The position numbers and the translations under genes were made by a program. The notes below the pieces were generated by a model. It saw only the letters and a program-made list of their open reading frames with translations, searched no databases and was not told the origin of the DNA. Positions 60,106 to 64,000 of a DNA stretch of 64,000 bases are shown here, in pieces. Each line of letters opens with the position of its first letter. Positions within the stretch are counted from its first letter, which is position 1. The stretch is from Nitrospinales bacterium (GTDB lineage Bacteria; Nitrospinota; Nitrospinia; Nitrospinales; VA-1), in assembly GCA_965223795.1 (NCBI GenBank), contig CBDCXL010000002.1, forward strand, positions 768,001-832,000, given 5' to 3'.

Positions 60106-61632
60106 ATGGCAAGCGCGTTCTACCATCACCTGAAAACCCATGCGGAGCAATCCCCCGGCCACCCCGCGGTCATCGACGGGGACACCATCCTCGATTACGC
60201 AACCCTGCTGGAGCAGGTTGAACGCTTCGCGGGCGGGCTGTCGCGGCTCAACCTCACGCCGCACAGCAAACTCGGGATCTTCTGCCTCAACCAGAGGGAA
60301 AACCTGGTGGGCACGCTGGCGGCGTTTCTAAAAGGCGTGCCGGTGGTGCCGTTCAACTTTCTCCTGGGGGCGGAGGATCTGGCCTTCATCGCCAAAGACG
60401 CCCAAATAGACACACTCATGGTGGACGCGGCGTTTCTCAAACCGGAAACGATTCCCTTGTTCAAGCAATTTCCCAACAAGATCGTCACCGGCCCGGCGGA
60501 CGCCGGCGCGCTGGGGCCCGGTACGCAAAAGTTCGAGGATTTCCTCGCCAATTCGGAGCGGGAGGACGGGTCGAACCCGCACGTCAAAGCGGAAGGGATT
60601 CCCAGCGTGATCGTGTACACGTCCGGCACCACCGCGCGGCCGAAAGGCGTGATGCTGGAGGAGCGCCAGTTCGAGCTCAACTGCGACGGCATTCTGGCCC
60701 ATCTCGACCTGAACAACCGGGACAAGGCGATCGTCGCCCTGCCCCTGTTTCATTCGTTCGGCAACATCATGGCGCTGGTCCTGCTCCGGGTCGGGGCGAC
60801 ACTGATCCTGCTGCGCCAGTTCGCTCCCAAGGCGATCCTGTCGGCGATCACGGCGCACAAGGCGACGCTGCTGCCGCTGGTGCCGACGATCTATTCCTTT
60901 CTGGTCGAGCTGTACGCGCGCGGCGGTCACGACGTGTCCTCGCTGCGCTGCTGCATCTCGGGCGGCGCGTCGCTGCCGGAAGCGCTGCACAACAAAGTGA
61001 CCGAAGTGTTGAAAACCCGCGTCGTCGAGGGCTACGGCCTGACCGAAACGTCGCCGGTGATTTCCGTCAACACGATGCAGAAGCAGGTTGCCGGATCGGT
61101 GGGGCCGGTTCTGCCCAACCTCGAAATTCAGATCGTGGATGAAGCCGGAAAACCGGTGGACACCGGCCAGGTCGGGGAAATCCAGGTGCGCGGGGAAACG
61201 GTGATGAAAGGGTACTGGCGCAATCCGGAAGAAACCGGGGCGATCCTGACTGCGGACGGCTGGCTGAAAACGGGAGACCTGGGTCACCTGGACGCGGACG
61301 GGTTCCTGTTCATCTCAGGCGGCCGGAAAAAGGACATGATCATCCGCGCGGGCGAGAACGTGTCGCCTCTGGGGATCGAAAACGCACTGCTGAACCACCC
61401 GGCCCTCGCGGAGGCGGCGGCGGTGGGCATCGCGGACGAACGCGTCGGCGAAAAGGTGAAAGCCTGCGTGGTGCTGCGCGAGGGCTGCGAGGCCAGCGAG
61501 CAGGAATTGAAAGCATTCTGCCGTAAAAAGCTGCCGGCGTTCATGGTGCCGGACACCATCCAGTTCTACGACGCGCTGCCGAAAAATCCCACCGGAAAAA
61601 TCCTAAAAAACAAGCTGCGCGAATCGTCCTGA
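60106..61632 (+). CDS. Long-chain fatty-acid--CoA ligase (AMP-binding family)
   Basis: YTSGTTARPKG, GYGLTE, WLKTGDLG, GENV, PTGKILK. Confidence 0.92.
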   Translation: MASAFYHHLKTHAEQSPGHPAVIDGDTILDYATLLEQVERFAGGLSRLNLTPHSKLGIFCLNQRENLVGTLAAFLKGVPVVPFNFLLGAEDLAFIAKDAQIDTLMVDAAFLKPETIPLFKQFPNKIVTGPADAGALGPGTQKFEDFLANSEREDGSNPHVKAEGIPSVIVYTSGTTARPKGVMLEERQFELNCDGILAHLDLNNRDKAIVALPLFHSFGNIMALVLLRVGATLILLRQFAPKAILSAITAHKATLLPLVPTIYSFLVELYARGGHDVSSLRCCISGGASLPEALHNKVTEVLKTRVVEGYGLTETSPVISVNTMQKQVAGSVGPVLPNLEIQIVDEAGKPVDTGQVGEIQVRGETVMKGYWRNPEETGAILTADGWLKTGDLGHLDADGFLFISGGRKKDMIIRAGENVSPLGIENALLNHPALAEAAAVGIADERVGEKVKACVVLREGCEASEQELKAFCRKKLPAFMVPDTIQFYDALPKNPTGKILKNKLRESS

Positions 61633-61646
61633 CAAAACGGCGGACG

Positions 61647-62954
61647 TTAAAGATCCGCCGCGCAGCGAAAGCCCAACCCTTCGATGCGGTAGTCCACCCA
61701 GTAGCCTTTGCGATGCGCGGAACGCAGGTTGCTGGCGCGGTTTTCCCAGGAGCCGCCGCGCACGACTTTGTAGTTGCCGCCGCCGCGCTTCACATCTCCG
61801 GCGAGCTCGATGTTCGGGCCTTTCGGGTCCTGCTTGGGACTGACGAGATAGTATTTTTCCAACATCCAGTCGTTCACCCATTCGTTGACGTTGCCGGCCA
61901 TGTCGTGCAGTCCGAACGCGTTGGCCGGAAACGAACCCACCGGCGCGGTGGTGGGAAATCCATCGGACGCATTGGGATCGCGCACATTGAGTTTGCAGGT
62001 GCTGTCGCAGTAATTGGCTTTTGTGGCGTCGATGGTGTCGCCCCAGGGATACTCGGTGGTCGATCCGGCCCGCGCCGCGAACTCCCATTCGGCTTCGGTG
62101 GGCAGCCGTTTTTTCAACGCGCGGCAGTATTTCTCCGCTTCCAGCCAGGTGACGCTTTCCACCGGCAGGTCGGCGCCTTTGAAGCGTGAGGGGTTGGCGC
62201 CGATCTTCGCCTGAAACTGCCGTTGCGACACTTCGTGCTTGTCCAGCTTGAACGGCGACACGCACACTTCGTGCACGGGTTTCTCGTCGGGCTCGCCGTT
62301 TTCGCTGCCCATCATGAAACAGCCGCCTTGCAACTCCACCATTTCAACGGGCGCGCCGGATCCGGAGCCCGCGATCAGCTTCATCTTCACCTTGTCCTGC
62401 AAATCCGAAACTTCTTCGCGCACATACAGCGGCACGCCCTTGTAGCGGATCTGCGCGCGGTGCTTGGGCACCAGCTCCATCTTTCCCGCTTTGAAAAAGA
62501 ACAGCCGGTAATGCGGCACCGGTTCGGGAAGAACGGGCGTCAGGTAGTTGCGCATGTTGTTCTTGCCCTCTTCCTTGAGGATCACGGTTTCATCCACCAG
62601 TTCGGCTTCGAGCGGTTCGGTTTCCCCTTCCAGCGTCACGATGACTTTTTTCCCTTTCGCCACTTCCATGGCGAGGATCTTCGACAACAGCGCATCGGCT
62701 TCCTCGTAACGTTCCTGCGCCACATACACCTGAGCGAGGGAATGCATGACGCGGTAATTTCCCGGTTCCGCCGCCAGCACGTCCTTGTAGGCTTTTTCCG
62801 CCTGGTCGTACTTTTTCAGTGCCAGAGCCTTGTCCCCCTGGTCGATTTTTTCAACGGTGTTCGCCAGCGCCACGCCGGGCAGCATCCACAGACAGAGCAT
62901 CAGGATGAGGGCGGCGGTTGGGAAACGGTTGGCCGGAAAATGGGAAAAAAGCAT
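61647..62954 (-). CDS. Exported TPR plus FGE-sulfatase (SUMF1) domain protein
   Basis: Signal peptide, TPR helices, FMMGS, RLPTEAEWEFAAR, NAFGLHDMAGNVNEW, RGGSW, GFRC. Confidence 0.9.
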   Translation of the reverse strand: MLFSHFPANRFPTAALILMLCLWMLPGVALANTVEKIDQGDKALALKKYDQAEKAYKDVLAAEPGNYRVMHSLAQVYVAQERYEEADALLSKILAMEVAKGKKVIVTLEGETEPLEAELVDETVILKEEGKNNMRNYLTPVLPEPVPHYRLFFFKAGKMELVPKHRAQIRYKGVPLYVREEVSDLQDKVKMKLIAGSGSGAPVEMVELQGGCFMMGSENGEPDEKPVHEVCVSPFKLDKHEVSQRQFQAKIGANPSRFKGADLPVESVTWLEAEKYCRALKKRLPTEAEWEFAARAGSTTEYPWGDTIDATKANYCDSTCKLNVRDPNASDGFPTTAPVGSFPANAFGLHDMAGNVNEWVNDWMLEKYYLVSPKQDPKGPNIELAGDVKRGGGNYKVVRGGSWENRASNLRSAHRKGYWVDYRIEGLGFRCAADL

Positions 62955-63274
62955 CGTGCACTCGCTCCTCTTTTCTCGTGTTCGAAAAATTCGGTTGTCC
63001 TTTTCCGCATCGCAAACAGCGGAATCCTTAAACGGAGGCGTTGACCTGAATGCGCTCCGCTCGACATTATGACCGGGTGCGGACCTTCGCGGCAATCCGT
63101 TTCCAACAGGGCGGTCCGCACTTTTTGCGCCCGGCATCCGGCTCGCCGGGAACCGTTTTCGCCGAAGCGCTTAGGCTGTCAGGAAAAATTCAGCGTCAGT
63201 ATAGCATTGCACGGGGAGTATTGAGAATGGATTCGGGGTCTTTCCGATTGCAGATCAAACGGTTGGATTTTCAG

Positions 63275-63475
63275 CTATTTATCGTCCGGGCGGTTCTTGC
63301 GGGGCTCCGCTGCGGGGGGATCGTCTTCTTTTTCGTCCGATTTGGCTGCGGGCTTTTTTTCCGGGGCCGGGACGGTGTGTTTTTTCTTCAAGGCCTCCCA
63401 ATCCTCTCCTAAACCCAGGTCTTTCTTTTTTTTGATTTTATCCCGTTTCTGGAAATAGTCGATCTCGTCGATCAT
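63275..63475 (-). CDS. Small hypothetical protein
   Basis: 66 aa, ATGA overlap with the upstream TPR gene stop. Confidence 0.5.
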   Translation of the reverse strand: MIDEIDYFQKRDKIKKKKDLGLGEDWEALKKKHTVPAPEKKPAAKSDEKEDDPPAAEPRKNRPDDK

Positions 63476-64000
63476 GGGTTGGCCTGTCCGGGTTCCGCCG
63501 CCTTGGGTTCGGTGGGCGCGGCGCCCTGCTTGCTGTAAAAATCGATCAGTTTTTCGATTCCCGGTCCCTGCACGCCCTGCCGGCGGGCGATCTCCAGGTG
63601 GGATTTTCCCTTATCGTGCTGCTCCAGCATAGTATACACCACTGCCAGGTTGGCGTGCCCGGGGCCGTAGCCGGGATCCAGGTTCACGGTGGTGTTGAGC
63701 AGTTTCGCCGCCTCGTCGAGCCGGTTCTGGCGCACGTACACCTGGGCCAGAACGTTGTAGGCGTTTTTGTTTTGCGGCCAGGACCGCAGCGCTTCCCGCA
63801 GTTTGGCTTCCGCTTCGTCGAGCTTGTGGCGCACGTAAAGGTTGCTGCCGAAATTGGTGAGGGCGATCGAGTGGCCGGGATGGAGTTTCAGGCCCTGCTC
63901 GTAAAAGGTGTTGGCCATGTGCAGCTTGCCCTGCATGTTGTAGGTGACGGCGATCTTGAAATACGGGTTCCAGTGATCGGGTATCAGGCGGGACGCTTCC
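63472..64000 (-). CDS. TPR-repeat protein (5' partial)
   Basis: Frame open to the window end; repeats such as AYNVLAQVY, GHANLAVVY. Confidence 0.85.
   Translation of the reverse strand, partial: EASRLIPDHWNPYFKIAVTYNMQGKLHMANTFYEQGLKLHPGHSIALTNFGSNLYVRHKLDEAEAKLREALRSWPQNKNAYNVLAQVYVRQNRLDEAAKLLNTTVNLDPGYGPGHANLAVVYTMLEQHDKGKSHLEIARRQGVQGPGIEKLIDFYSKQGAAPTEPKAAEPGQANP

Overview
High-GC bacterial chromosome segment. The gene mix (GALA-like LRR, Sel1/Hcp-like, pentapeptide, TPR-FGE proteins, many sigma54-type promoters) suggests a Nitrospina-like organism, but this is inference only. Housekeeping anchors are rplU-rpmA-obgE, aroK, coaX, an RluA-family synthase, arsC and tRNA-Ala(GGC). Between them lie a seven-gene tyrosine/homogentisate catabolic operon ending in a 2-keto-acid decarboxylase, an ECF sigma/anti-sigma module with an 11-residue-repeat secreted protein, ino1, a TonB-dependent receptor, an RND pump and many small exported proteins. 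The most striking element is an AT-rich two-gene insert (about 50.8-53.8 kb): a small membrane protein plus a 776-aa protein whose C-terminal ~270 aa align by eye, motif by motif, with the HK97/encapsulin shell fold. It is a candidate undescribed (possibly anti-phage) system. Other highlights are three clustered sigma54 promoters with a shared upstream element, a giant FliL-like protein carrying FliN-like repeats, an apparently circularly permuted DUF4254 protein, a Cys-less TusA, an ArfA-like peptide and a 171-bp MITE-like element. All family calls come from visual motif recognition; no searches were run.
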